From: Chitinophagaceae bacterium
Lineage (GTDB): Bacteria > Bacteroidota > Bacteroidia > Chitinophagales > Chitinophagaceae
Direction: 5' to 3'
DNA length: 64,000 bases
Assembly (NCBI GenBank): GCA_947450165.1
Contig: CANFUJ010000001.1
Span: forward strand, 5,600-69,599
Positions 1 through 10,516 of the stretch are shown here, in pieces. The position numbers were made by a program, and so were the translations under genes. Each line of letters opens with the position of its first letter. Position 1 is the stretch's first letter. The notes beneath the pieces are model-generated. The model saw only the letters and a list, made by a program, of their open reading frames with translations. It was not told the origin of the DNA and searched no databases.

Positions 1-2783
1 TCCAAATAGCGAATTTCAATTTCAGCAATAATTAATTTTTTCTTCAAAATTTTTATAAAGTAATCTTTGATTGCTTCAAATTCTGGCCTCATATCAGGGT
101 TTTCAATCTCAAATGTAATTTCTTGTTGAAGCTCGTCAACAAATACCTGAAAGGAAACAAATGCATGTAGAAATTGAATTTTATTGAAAGGTACTTTCAT
201 GGTTTTTGATAACAGTCTTTCAATTGGCTTGTGTGATTTTTTCTCAATACGATTAGACATTTCATCATCAAAAGAAGGCTCAGATATAATGTGATTAATC
301 GGATTTCTTTTAAGCTCTACGGCATTCAATAAATGACCAGTATCAACAGAACGAAATTTAATTTTATCGATAATTAAAAATTGTAAGGAACTCTGTTTGT
401 GCGTATTTATTTTCGACTTAGCATGGTAATCTAAAATCTCTGTCATTAATTCACAACGCTCTTCATCATAATTTAAAACCCTTAATTTCCATTTAATTCC
501 CTCTTTAAATTTTTCTATGCCAATCGATAAATCTAAACAGCTTATCGGTAAAACAAAAGCTTCTGAATTTACAAAAACTACATTTTCATTAAACAACAAG
601 ATCAACTCATCGAATTTACTTATTTGCCCTACATTCATTAATTTTTTATAATGCAGGTTTCTTTGTCTGAATTGTTTTTCTAAATAGTCAATGTGAACGT
701 CTCTGTAATCATAAATAATGGGCGTAAATTCTGATCTCTGAACCCTTCCCATATATTGTATCAATTTGCCTTCAAAAGCAAACGGATATGCAAGTACTAA
801 ACATTCTAAATTATCCATGTCGCTTCCTTCGCCCAGGAATTGTCCGGTAGAAATCAAAATCTGGAATTGGCCTTCCTTAATTTGTTTGAATTTTATTTTT
901 CTTGTTGTTTCTGAATCTTCACCAGAAATCGTAATTACTTCGTAATTGGTTTTTAAATATTGATACAAGATATCAATGTGCGCCTTTCTTTCAGTAAGAA
1001 CTAAAATTTTCTTCCCCGTGTTTGCTTCTGTTTTAATATCATCAATAATAATTCTGTTTCTTTCAGAATCATGAATCAGTATTTGTGAAAGCATTTCGGT
1101 TTTATCTATCTTATAGTCAAATGGAACAAACAGGTCAGTTTCCCGAATTATTACAGATACTTTTTTTGACGAATTATTTTCAATTGGAAATTTCACTTCT
1201 TGAATAACTTCGCCAATATGAATGAAGATTAATTTTTCGTCATTATTCTTGCGAATAGGCGTAGCCGTTAAACCATACATAAAGTAGGTAGAAAAATTTT
1301 GAATTACTTGCCTAAAAGTTTTAGCCGGAACATGATGGCACTCGTCAATAATGATGATTCCAAAAGACTTGAATAGTTCGTTTTCTGCTTCTATTGAAGC
1401 AAGACTTTGTATCATAGCCACAGTGACATGTGTGCCTATTTTTTGCTGACCAGGTGATATTTTTCCAATAAAGGTTTCGGCAATGCCAAGAAAGGATTGG
1501 ATTCGTTCAATCCATTGATCAAACAATTGCTTCCGATGAACTATAATTAAGGCTGGTTGTTTTTTCTTAGTTATTATACTAAGCCCAATTATAGTTTTAC
1601 CCGAACCAGGTGGAGCAACAATAACTCCCATCTCTTTTTTATCGGTTATATCAACGGCTTCTTGTTGATACTTAAACAAAGAAGCTTTAAAAGAAAAATT
1701 AACTTCTGTAAGTTTCCTTCTTTCATCGATTAGTTGAAACTTAATTTTTTGCTCATTGCAGAAACGAATTAGCTTGCCTATAAATCCCTTAGGTAATAGA
1801 ATCAAACCTTCTTTTTCTTCCAGCATTTTGAAATAGTGTTCAAGGCCAAATGTATTTTTACCAAGCTTCTTTTTTATGATATATTCCGAATTAATAAAGT
1901 TGAGGCTTTCTCTTAAAAAAGAAATCAAATTCGATGCTAATTGATTTCTAGAAATTATTATCTGACTGTTTAGTACAATTTGAATTCCATTTTCTGTCGA
2001 TAAAGTTTCAACAGGAAATATTTTTTTATCATTAATTGAAATTTCAAGCCTATTAAATATCTCTTCTATATGTTCAATTTTAACGCGTTGTATTTTTTGT
2101 AAAAACGCCCATTGATTATCGAATGGTAAAAGATCTTTTGGGTCAATAAAACAAGAATTATTATTTTCTAATGCTTTTTGCTGAAGCGGTAAAGCAACTA
2201 AATTACCCAAGCCTTTTCCGGAATGGTAATCTTGATTCGGAAATAATCTGTCGTAATTAGCATTTTTATCAAATGGCGAAATGATACCACAGAATTCTAA
2301 AATATGCAGAACTATTTTTCTGCTTTTGTATGCAGGATAATTTGAATCAAAGAAAATCCAAACATGCCCGCCTTTGCCACTTCTGGAACGTTCAAGATAT
2401 GCAGGAATTTGAAATTGGTTGCATGCTTCAATGAAAGTCCTACATTCCTCAAACCAACTTCTTTTACTGGATAAGCTTTCATCAAAATCTGCAACAATAA
2501 ACCAAGAAGAATTATCTGCTAATAAAGGATACAAACCAACAACTTCTTTTCCGATGAGATGATTAATAATTCTCTGCTGCGAAAGTTGAGCAAACTGTTT
2601 ATTGGGAAAATCTTTTAATGTACCACCTCTTAATTTATGCTTTGCAAATTCATCCCAATTCAAATCGTATGCTGGCATATAACCAGCTTTGTTATCTTTT
2701 TCCCAACGAACTGCAAACACATCTTCTCTTCCTTTGAAAAGCGCTTGGAAAATTCTGATTTGTTCATTGGAAAAAATAGACAT
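1..2783 (-). CDS. AEP-type (TOTE-like) primase domain fused to SF2 DExH helicase; 3' end runs off the window
   Basis: Not in ORF track; translated by hand from ATG at 2783: MSIFSNEQIRIFQALFKGREDVFAVRW..., ADFD, ERSRSGKGGHVWIFF, DRLFPNQD..GNLVALPLQ, then Walker A VAPPGSGKT, DECHH, GLTATP. The same frame is open at position 1 (FIKILKKKLIIAEIEIRYL). Confidence 0.9.
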   Translation of the reverse strand, partial: MSIFSNEQIRIFQALFKGREDVFAVRWEKDNKAGYMPAYDLNWDEFAKHKLRGGTLKDFPNKQFAQLSQQRIINHLIGKEVVGLYPLLADNSSWFIVADFDESLSSKRSWFEECRTFIEACNQFQIPAYLERSRSGKGGHVWIFFDSNYPAYKSRKIVLHILEFCGIISPFDKNANYDRLFPNQDYHSGKGLGNLVALPLQQKALENNNSCFIDPKDLLPFDNQWAFLQKIQRVKIEHIEEIFNRLEISINDKKIFPVETLSTENGIQIVLNSQIIISRNQLASNLISFLRESLNFINSEYIIKKKLGKNTFGLEHYFKMLEEKEGLILLPKGFIGKLIRFCNEQKIKFQLIDERRKLTEVNFSFKASLFKYQQEAVDITDKKEMGVIVAPPGSGKTIIGLSIITKKKQPALIIVHRKQLFDQWIERIQSFLGIAETFIGKISPGQQKIGTHVTVAMIQSLASIEAENELFKSFGIIIIDECHHVPAKTFRQVIQNFSTYFMYGLTATPIRKNNDEKLIFIHIGEVIQEVKFPIENNSSKKVSVIIRETDLFVPFDYKIDKTEMLSQILIHDSERNRIIIDDIKTEANTGKKILVLTERKAHIDILYQYLKTNYEVITISGEDSETTRKIKFKQIKEGQFQILISTGQFLGEGSDMDNLECLVLAYPFAFEGKLIQYMGRVQRSEFTPIIYDYRDVHIDYLEKQFRQRNLHYKKLMNVGQISKFDELILLFNENVVFVNSEAFVLPISCLDLSIGIEKFKEGIKWKLRVLNYDEERCELMTEILDYHAKSKINTHKQSSLQFLIIDKIKFRSVDTGHLLNAVELKRNPINHIISEPSFDDEMSNRIEKKSHKPIERLLSKTMKVPFNKIQFLHAFVSFQVFVDELQQEITFEIENPDMRPEFEAIKDYFIKILKKKLIIAEIEIRYL

Positions 2784-2928
2784 GGTGTGATTTTTATAGA
2801 GAAGTTAAATTTCAAATCATTTTATAAAACTAACAAAATTTCACTTTTTCAATCAAATCCAAAAAATAAGATTGAGACCATATTTTTATATTGCTATCAA
2901 TAGCACTTAATCATACAAGTGTAACTTT

Positions 2929-3006
2929 TTACTTGATTTCACGAATTTCCAATTCGACTTCTTCAATATTTTGTTGTTGATATTCTTGCAACCATTCCTT
3001 TATCAC
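2929..3006 (-). pseudogene. 25-codon stub of an AbiEii-type (type IV TA) nucleotidyltransferase toxin
   Basis: GTG overlaps the antitoxin stop (GTGA). Reads MIKEWLQEYQQQNIEEVELEIREIK*, resembling the N-terminus of Bacteroidota AbiEii toxins (recalled, not searched). Confidence 0.65.
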
Positions 3007-3641
3007 AATTGACTAATTGTATTAATGAGCATTTCAAGACTTGATTTTTTCGGCGAAACAGCTAACCAATTTTTCATTTCTTCTATATTTAAGGACTTCA
3101 ATCGATCTTCAGAAATTCTTAAATTTTCCAGAAGAAAATCGCTGACTTGTTTTTTACTTCGAAGCAATATACCTGAAGTTAAAACCACTTTATCACAAAG
3201 TGCTTTTTCGGGAGAAGCCATCAAAATATGTTGCCTTTCAGTTAGTTTTATTTGTTGAATACCTAGAGAATAATAAGGTGATGGAAGATGAATGTAACTA
3301 TATCGTCCGAAGGATGTGTTATAAATTTTACTAAGTTTAGTTGTTACAGATGACACTTCGTAAATGTGTTCTTGTATCATACCCCAATAAGACATGGCTG
3401 ATTCAAGAGAAACATAACTTGGTCCCCAAATATGATTGGCCAACAAGAATGGTTCAGGTCCACGAACCAAAGAAGCTGGCCCTGGAACATATAAACCATT
3501 TTTTATCATCACTAAAATACCTTGCTTACCGAGTTCATTGATTTTGTCAAAAGGTCTTTTGTATTCTTTGAGCAATTCCAACAAAACTTGTTTGGTCAAT
3601 GGCACTTCAGAAAAAGGGATTAAAGCGGCTTTAAAGTCCAT
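3003..3641 (-). CDS. AbiEi-like type IV TA antitoxin / transcriptional regulator
   Basis: wHTH-like N-terminus (KRPFDKINELGKQGILVMIKNGLY), GPSYVSLESAMSYWGMI, ASPEKALCD. Start placed at MDFK. Confidence 0.75.
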   Translation of the reverse strand: MDFKAALIPFSEVPLTKQVLLELLKEYKRPFDKINELGKQGILVMIKNGLYVPGPASLVRGPEPFLLANHIWGPSYVSLESAMSYWGMIQEHIYEVSSVTTKLSKIYNTSFGRYSYIHLPSPYYSLGIQQIKLTERQHILMASPEKALCDKVVLTSGILLRSKKQVSDFLLENLRISEDRLKSLNIEEMKNWLAVSPKKSSLEMLINTISQL

Positions 3642-3886
3642 TTTATGTAAAATAATTACACTAATATCGGAAAAAATCCGATAAAACATCAAAAAAATTA
3701 CAATTATTTTAATGATTATTTTTTACAAATGGACAGAAATCTTAAAAATTATTGAACATGTGGGCTTCTTAATTGAGTTGTACCCAATTCGCGAGGAACA
3801 AAATAAAGAAGGTTCTTCCATCCTGTGAACCTAGTTTTTATTTGCTACCTAATTAATAAACACAAAAATCACACTATAATAAGATT

Positions 3887-3943
3887 TATGTTGTTTTATT
3901 ACATAAAAAGTATAAATTTGATAACAAAATCACATTATAATGT
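3887..3943 (+). promoter_or_regulatory. Promoter/operator region of the hip-like operon
   Basis: TAAATTTG (Bacteroidota -7 box TAnnTTTG) at 3913-3920. Inverted repeats TATGT-N9-ACATA (3887-3905) and ACATTATAATGT (3932-3943), the latter over the start codon. Confidence 0.45.
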
Positions 3944-4146
3944 TGGTTACGAAAATCGGACAAGCAATAAAAAACAGAAGAAAAGAGTTGAATATCACTC
4001 AACCACATTTGGCAGAACTCGCTCAAATAAGTGTTAATACGCTATATAAATTAGAGAGAGGTCAAGGCAATCCGTCTCTTGATATTTTAATAAAGCTGTC
4101 GGATGTTTTAGGAATGGAATTAAAATTGGAAGTGAAAAAGAATTAA
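3940..4146 (+). CDS. XRE-family HTH regulator (HipB-like)
   Basis: IKNRRKELNITQPHLAELAQISVNTLYKLERGQGNPSL is a classic cro/C1 HTH; first gene of the operon. Confidence 0.9.
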   Translation: MLVTKIGQAIKNRRKELNITQPHLAELAQISVNTLYKLERGQGNPSLDILIKLSDVLGMELKLEVKKN

Positions 4147-4150
4147 TTAA

Positions 4151-4471
4151 ATGAGAAAAGCAGCAATATATCGCAATGGTGTTTTGGCAGGAATACTAAC
4201 GGAAGAAAACAGACAACATTTTATTTTTAAGTATGATGATACTTATTTTCAAGATGCTAATCAACCTGCAATAAGTTTAACGCTTCCAAAAAATCAAAAA
4301 GAATACAGCAGTGAATTTTTATTTCCTTTTTTCTTTAACATGCTTAGTGAAGGCGTAAACCGAAAACTACAATGTACTCAATTAAGAATTGACGAAGCGG
4401 ATAATTTTGGTTTGCTTCTAGCAACTGCACAATTTGATACCATAGGCGCGATTACTGTAAAACCAATGTAA
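4151..4471 (+). CDS. HipA N-terminal-domain protein (HipS-like)
   Basis: AGILTEE..FKYDDTY..PAISLTLP..LFPFFFNMLSEG..GAITV; lies between the HTH and kinase genes. Confidence 0.85.
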   Translation: MRKAAIYRNGVLAGILTEENRQHFIFKYDDTYFQDANQPAISLTLPKNQKEYSSEFLFPFFFNMLSEGVNRKLQCTQLRIDEADNFGLLLATAQFDTIGAITVKPM

Positions 4472-4476
4472 GCGAA

Positions 4477-5484
4477 ATGAACATACAAGAATTAAAATAC
4501 TGTCCGGGAACTTTAGCAGAAGGCTTTACAACATATAGTCCTAGCTGTTTGCGAAATTTATTTAACGCTAAAAAGGTAAGTCATATATTGCCCTACGAAC
4601 AACCTCAGCAAAGCGAAGAGGTTACCGAGTTGTTTATGGAAAATCGCAAACGCATCTCCATTTCTGGTGTTCAGGAAAAATCAAGTCTGATACTTGAAAA
4701 AAATCATTTGCGGTTGACGAAAGAAGGAGAACAGGGAAATTATATTTTTAAACCGATACCCAGAGATTTAAAAAAGGTTGACCAAGTACCCGCAAACGAA
4801 CATTTGACCATGCAAATAGCTAAGCAGGTATATGGTTTACAAACGGCAGAAAATGCAATGATATTTTTCAAAAATGGAACGCCAGCATACATTACCAAAC
4901 GCTTTGATGTAAAGGAAGACGGACAAAAATGGGGCAAAGAAGATTTTGCAACATTGGCTGGAAAGTCAAAAGACAACGCTGGTCCAAATTTTAAATACGA
5001 ATACAGTTACGAAGAATTAGGACTGCTGATTCAAAAATATGTTGCTGCGTGGAAGGTGGAAATTGAAAAATATTTTTCATTGGTTGTTTTCAATTTTCTT
5101 TTTTCCAATGGAGATGCACACCTAAAAAATTTCTCGTTGCTTGAATCTACTAATGGCGATTATTTATTAAGTCCGGCTTATGATTTGGTGAATACAAGAT
5201 TACATGTTGATGATTCAGATTTTGCTTTAGACAAAGGTTTGTTTGTTGATGATTTTAAAAGTGAGCAATTCAAAAAGAGCCGTCATCCTTGTACGACTGA
5301 CTTTAAGGAATTTGCAAAAAGAATTGGCGTTGCACCAAATAGAGCCGAAAAATTATTACTACCATTCCAAGAGCGGCAACCATTTATGGCAACTTTAGTA
5401 AGTCGTTCATTTTTAAGCGAAGCCAATAAAAGAGGATATTTGATGATGTACAACAACAAACGAAATTGTTTAATTGGAGGTTGA
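4477..5484 (+). CDS. HipA-family Ser/Thr kinase toxin (HipT-like)
   Basis: SISGVQEK, NEHLTMQIA, YITKRFD, NGDAHLKNFS, LSPAYDLV. Confidence 0.9.
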   Translation: MNIQELKYCPGTLAEGFTTYSPSCLRNLFNAKKVSHILPYEQPQQSEEVTELFMENRKRISISGVQEKSSLILEKNHLRLTKEGEQGNYIFKPIPRDLKKVDQVPANEHLTMQIAKQVYGLQTAENAMIFFKNGTPAYITKRFDVKEDGQKWGKEDFATLAGKSKDNAGPNFKYEYSYEELGLLIQKYVAAWKVEIEKYFSLVVFNFLFSNGDAHLKNFSLLESTNGDYLLSPAYDLVNTRLHVDDSDFALDKGLFVDDFKSEQFKKSRHPCTTDFKEFAKRIGVAPNRAEKLLLPFQERQPFMATLVSRSFLSEANKRGYLMMYNNKRNCLIGG

Positions 5485-5639
5485 GGTGATTGTAACGCTA
5501 AAATTTAAAAGCATTATTTAAAAGTCCGTTTGCAAACATTTTATTTTTAAAGGGGGCAAAACATTAAGTAAAGGTTGGAAATTAATATCTTTATTATGAT
5601 TGATACAACTTTTTAAACAAAACTTTCATTCATAAAAAA

Positions 5640-8600
5640 ATGGAAAAAAAGCAAATCTTGTTACTTGTTTTTGTGTTTACATTTTCAATCCTCAAGGCTC
5701 AGAGCCCGGGCGGAGTTTCTACTAACCTAACGCTTTGGTTGAAGGCCAACACACAACCTACCAATCTTGTGTATAATGCTTCCAATCAAGTATCACAATG
5801 GAACAGCGAAACAGGAACATTCAGTGTAAGCCAGGCTAATGCTAGTCAGCAGCCTATTTTTGGAAGTATGAGTGCAGCCAATGCTGATTTCAATTTCAAT
5901 CCTTTTATACAATTCACGGCGGCCAATTCTACTGCTTTGGTCAATAGCGCCATCACGCCGAATCTTTTGGGCACAGCTGGAACCGTGATTTTGGCCACCA
6001 ACAAGAACGAACCTGCTGGCCAGGGATCCATGTTTACCTATCGTTCTAACTCTAATTACAGATATCAGATTAAACCAAGTTTTCGCGCACAAAACGGCGC
6101 CAATGGTATTGGCTCTAAATTTGAACTGAATGTGGCTTCAAATCCTAATTTGACAGGGACCGTTTTTAATTATACAGAATCTGATGCTTTTCTATTGTCT
6201 ATGTCTGGCACGGGTTTGAGTTCAAAGGCGCGTCGCAACGCCACTGATTGTGGACCTTCTACGGGGAACACCGGCACCTATTATCCTTCTGTGGGAGCAG
6301 GACTTTCCTTAGGTGCAAATGGGGGTACTTCTGAATATAATAACCATGCACTTGGAGAGGTGATTATTTACGATCGTACATTAACCGCTGCAGAACTTAA
6401 TCGCGTTGAATCTTATTTGGCCATTAAATATGGCGTCAGCTTTGATGAAATTCCAACTTCCCCAATCAAAAACAACTACTTGGCTTCTAACGGTACGGTT
6501 ATATGGGATAAAACCATCAATATCGGATATAACGAAAACATCACCGGTATTGGAAGAGATGATGCTTCAGCACTTTTACAAAAACAGTCGCATAGCGTGA
6601 ATACTAACTCACCTGTTTTTATTTTTAATGGATCTACCGCAGGTGTTTTTCCTGTAATGAATGATTCAAACAATACTTCATTTAATGCAGATGTATCTTT
6701 TCTGGTAGCAGGAGAAAATAAATTAACCACCTCGCTTGATCAATGTACCAATAACGGACATATTTCACGAATGGCGAGAACTTGGAAAGTGCAGAAAACG
6801 GGGAGTGTGGATTCTGTAACCATTGCTTTCCTGAAAGACTCACTACCAGCATGTACTCAATCTATTTTGCTTTCCGCAGATCCTAATTTTCCGGCTACTT
6901 CAACACAAGTCATTAAATTAATTACTGGAATAAAATATAAGTATGCCACAGTTCTTTTGAATAACGCAGATTATTTCAGTTTCGGATCGGATTCCATCCG
7001 CAAAATTATTTTTGATACAGTGAAAACTTGTTCTGGAACTGCTGTGAATTTATCGGTGAATCCAACACAATCATGTATGAGCTATGCCTGGTATGATGCA
7101 CCTAGCGGAGGTAATCTATTGGGTACAGGTGCAAGCTTTATTGTGACCAGTATTCAAAGCAATGACAGCAGCTTTTATCTTGAAACCAGTGGTCCAGGTA
7201 ATTGTATAGCTGGTGTTCGTTCTACTGCTACCATAATCAGAAAATTTGTATCCACACCAACAGCGGAAGGTGATAGTGTTTGTGCCGGACAATCAGCATT
7301 ATTGACTGTTGTCAATCCACAAACTGGTTTCGTGTATAACTGGTATGTTGTGCCGACCGGAGGAAGCATTGTGGCAACAGGTACCAGCATTAACACCACT
7401 AATATCAGCAACAACAGCATTTATTATCTTATAGCCGATAGTTTAGGTTGTAAAAGTATTCCTGTTTCAGTATCTGTTATCCTTTATAACACAGAAACAC
7501 CCAATGTAAACAATCCTGTATTTACTTGTGTAAATAATACTGCCAACCTACAAGTGCAAAACCCTGTAATAGGCTCTACTTACAATTGGTATAATGCCCC
7601 CAATGCTGGAACGTTATTAGGAACTGCTGTTAGCTATACTACTGGTTCTATAACTGCTCCTACTACCTATTATTTGGAAGCCATGAACAGCAATGGTTGT
7701 GCTGGGGTACGCGTTCCCGTTAGTGTTGATTTATTTCCTTCCCCTACCACACCCAATGTCATCACACCCGTGATTATTTGTGCAAACAACAGTACACAAG
7801 TACAGGTGCAGAATCCAACTACAGGATATAATTATAACTGGTACAATGCTTCAACCGGAGGAAATTTATTGGGAAGCGGAATAACATTTAGCACCGGAAA
7901 CATCAGCAGTAATAGTACATTTTATGTGGAAGCAGTAAGCGCAAATGGTTGTATTGGTTTAATACGCGGGGCAGTGAATGTGCAAATAAATCCTGTACCC
8001 GTAGCACCCACCACCAATGCACCTGTGAATGTTTGCAGTGGCGAAACAGCAAACCTTAGCGTTACCAATCCGAATGCATCTTATACGTATAATTGGTATA
8101 ATGCGTCGAGTGGTGGTACATTGCTGGCAACAGGAACCTCTTACACAACTAATGCGATTTCAGGGAATACTAATTTCTTTGTCACTGCTACCAATGCCAC
8201 AGGATGTGAAGGAGCACCCGCAACTTTATCAGTTCAACTCTGGCCATTGCTAACTACACCTGTTGTACAAGTAACCGATATTTCCATCAATTCACTCAGT
8301 TTTTCATGGGCCTCAGTATCTGGAGCTACTGGATATTTGGTATCAACAGACGGTATCAATTATGGTCCACCCAGTTCAGGAACCACTGGCACTATGCATG
8401 TAGTAACTGGACTTTCACCAGATACGTATGTAACATTGTTCGTGAAGGCCTTACATCCATTGGATTGCAGAATATCATTACCTGGGAGCACAACGGGCCA
8501 TACTTGGCTAGAGCAGACAGATGTATATGTGCCAGGAGCGTTTACACCTAATGGTGATGGGCTGAATGATGTGTTGCGTGTGTTAGGAACAAACATTCGC

Positions 8601-8789
8601 AGTGTTGATTTTTTAGTTTACAACCAATGGGGTCAGAAGATATTTGAGAGTCATAATCAGCGAAACGGCTGGAATGGAAAATACAAGTCTAAGGAACAGC
8701 CGGGCACGACTTATGTATATTATGTACGTGCTGTGCTGCTAGATGGAAAGGTGATTGTGAAAAAGGGGAATACGATATTGTTGAGGTAG
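5640..8789 (+). CDS. T9SS-secreted protein with five Ig-like repeats, FN3-like domain and gliding-motility-associated C-terminal (type B) domain
   Basis: Signal peptide; PGGVSTNLTLWLKA N-domain; five ~80-aa C..L.V.NP...YNWY..P.GG.LL.TG repeats; C-terminal VYVPGAFTPNGDGLND..IYNQWG..W.G..YVY. Confidence 0.9.
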   Translation: MEKKQILLLVFVFTFSILKAQSPGGVSTNLTLWLKANTQPTNLVYNASNQVSQWNSETGTFSVSQANASQQPIFGSMSAANADFNFNPFIQFTAANSTALVNSAITPNLLGTAGTVILATNKNEPAGQGSMFTYRSNSNYRYQIKPSFRAQNGANGIGSKFELNVASNPNLTGTVFNYTESDAFLLSMSGTGLSSKARRNATDCGPSTGNTGTYYPSVGAGLSLGANGGTSEYNNHALGEVIIYDRTLTAAELNRVESYLAIKYGVSFDEIPTSPIKNNYLASNGTVIWDKTINIGYNENITGIGRDDASALLQKQSHSVNTNSPVFIFNGSTAGVFPVMNDSNNTSFNADVSFLVAGENKLTTSLDQCTNNGHISRMARTWKVQKTGSVDSVTIAFLKDSLPACTQSILLSADPNFPATSTQVIKLITGIKYKYATVLLNNADYFSFGSDSIRKIIFDTVKTCSGTAVNLSVNPTQSCMSYAWYDAPSGGNLLGTGASFIVTSIQSNDSSFYLETSGPGNCIAGVRSTATIIRKFVSTPTAEGDSVCAGQSALLTVVNPQTGFVYNWYVVPTGGSIVATGTSINTTNISNNSIYYLIADSLGCKSIPVSVSVILYNTETPNVNNPVFTCVNNTANLQVQNPVIGSTYNWYNAPNAGTLLGTAVSYTTGSITAPTTYYLEAMNSNGCAGVRVPVSVDLFPSPTTPNVITPVIICANNSTQVQVQNPTTGYNYNWYNASTGGNLLGSGITFSTGNISSNSTFYVEAVSANGCIGLIRGAVNVQINPVPVAPTTNAPVNVCSGETANLSVTNPNASYTYNWYNASSGGTLLATGTSYTTNAISGNTNFFVTATNATGCEGAPATLSVQLWPLLTTPVVQVTDISINSLSFSWASVSGATGYLVSTDGINYGPPSSGTTGTMHVVTGLSPDTYVTLFVKALHPLDCRISLPGSTTGHTWLEQTDVYVPGAFTPNGDGLNDVLRVLGTNIRSVDFLVYNQWGQKIFESHNQRNGWNGKYKSKEQPGTTYVYYVRAVLLDGKVIVKKGNTILLR

Positions 8790-8952
8790 TGAAGGGAGAA
8801 ATTTATGCAGTTGAAATTTAATAACTAACGGAAATGAGTAGGTGGAATGATTTTAATACAAGTAAAAATACATTAAATCGTTAAGGTAAATCTTTGGGGG
8901 AGTGCTAAATTAAAACCTTAAAAAACGAACTGATAAAATCAAATTTTGATCT

Positions 8953-9465
8953 ATGGGACTATTTGACAAACAATTTGGAAACAAAAAGAAAAATATTTTT
9001 GATCAGATTTCAGAACTACTAACAGGAAAGGGGATAAAGTTTAACCGGCCACCTCATGACAATGCTTTATTTCAATTTGAGGCAAATGTTGATGAGAGAG
9101 TAATTCATTGTGTACTAGTGTGCGATATTAATGTTTCTCTTTTGACATTTGTAGCATACTTGCAAAATCCAATTCCTAAAGAAAAGTTTCCAGAGATTTT
9201 AGAATTTATAACAAGAATAAACAGAGATATTTGGTATGGTTCTTTTCAAATTAATTTTGAAGAAGATTCTATTGGTTATGTAAGGTGTAAAACAACTTTA
9301 CCAATTGACAATGCCATAGTTTCTTACGAACAGCTAGAAAGATTATGTTTTAATAACTTACTGCATGTAAATAATTATCAAAATGGTTTTTCAGAAATTC
9401 TTACTAAAAATGTTTCTCCAAAAAATGCTTTGGAAGAAATAAGATTGGCGATTAAACATCAGTAA
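8953..9465 (+). CDS. YbjN / T3SS-chaperone-like domain protein
   Basis: ILEFITRINRDIWYGSFQINFEED..G.VRCKT pattern; about 170 aa. Confidence 0.6.
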   Translation: MGLFDKQFGNKKKNIFDQISELLTGKGIKFNRPPHDNALFQFEANVDERVIHCVLVCDINVSLLTFVAYLQNPIPKEKFPEILEFITRINRDIWYGSFQINFEEDSIGYVRCKTTLPIDNAIVSYEQLERLCFNNLLHVNNYQNGFSEILTKNVSPKNALEEIRLAIKHQ

Positions 9466-9597
9466 TAATTGTAAATAGAAATACAATAAAAAAATTGGAA
9501 ATAAACGTATTAAAATAATAAACAAAAGAATCAATAAATCAATTTTAATTTATACGTTGACAAATTTTGAATATGACTTTAATAAAAATTCTTTGTT

Positions 9598-10395
9598 ATG
9601 ATTACAAAATTAAATAAACGAACTACTGTAGCTAATTTGGGGCTTTTAAACAATTTTAAATCAGAAATACAATGGGTACCAACAAAATATCAAACTAACC
9701 CGCTTTCTCACATAAATGGCGGATATGATGTTGTTATTGAATATCGTTCTAATAAAATATTGGGCTATAAAAGAATCAAGTCCCCTTCACTTTACATAAG
9801 CGCAATTTTTTATGAATTAATAAATATGGATAAAGAGGATTTTGAATGTTATGATGAACAAAAACAATTGTCTAAAATTAAAAATGAAATCAAGGCAATT
9901 TATGTAAGGAGTTCTACAGATGCAGATGAGCTTCCATTTCAGGTGATTTGGTACTTTAAATTTGCAAAAGTAGTTCCATGGGAAGTGCTTGAGAAATTTG
10001 ATGCAAAATCAAAAAAGACAAGCGAGATGACAATAATTAAAGATGATAATTTATTAAAACAACAAATACTCGAACAGCGTAAAACCATTAACAGTTTAAA
10101 TATTAAAATTGAATCACTTTTCCAAATTAACCTCAATGCAAATAATTCAATAAAAAAATTAAAGGAAAAAATTAATCACTTAAATATAAAAGTCAAGGAA
10201 AATGAAAGGGAATATGATGATTTGGTATTAATAAACAGAGATTGGGATAAGGCTTACAAAAAGCTTGAAAAGCAATTAAAAAATGAAATAAAGAATTTAA
10301 ATAACGTATTAAAAATCAAGGATAAAGAGTACAAAAAAGTAATATTAATTACTCACGAATGGGACAAAGCTTACAAAGCCCTTCAAAAAAAGTAA
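9598..10395 (+). CDS. Hypothetical protein with C-terminal coiled coil
   Basis: 265-aa ORF; K/E/L heptads and a repeated WDKAYK motif in the C-terminal third. Confidence 0.6.
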   Translation: MITKLNKRTTVANLGLLNNFKSEIQWVPTKYQTNPLSHINGGYDVVIEYRSNKILGYKRIKSPSLYISAIFYELINMDKEDFECYDEQKQLSKIKNEIKAIYVRSSTDADELPFQVIWYFKFAKVVPWEVLEKFDAKSKKTSEMTIIKDDNLLKQQILEQRKTINSLNIKIESLFQINLNANNSIKKLKEKINHLNIKVKENEREYDDLVLINRDWDKAYKKLEKQLKNEIKNLNNVLKIKDKEYKKVILITHEWDKAYKALQKK

Positions 10396-10516
10396 AAGGA
10401 AGTAAAAATTAACAGAAAAACATTGGCGACAGATTATTAATATTGGATTTTCGATATTTCATATAAACCCAAAATCAAGATTGTTATGGGGAACTATAAA
10501 ACGACAAATAAAAAAT

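Noticed and set aside
2312-3684. Short track ORFs 2312-2497, 2637-2903, 3025-3258, 3341-3541, 3436-3684
   Set aside because: They are antisense or alternate-frame shadows of the primase-helicase and AbiEi genes. The same applies to the many short ORFs nested in long genes elsewhere.
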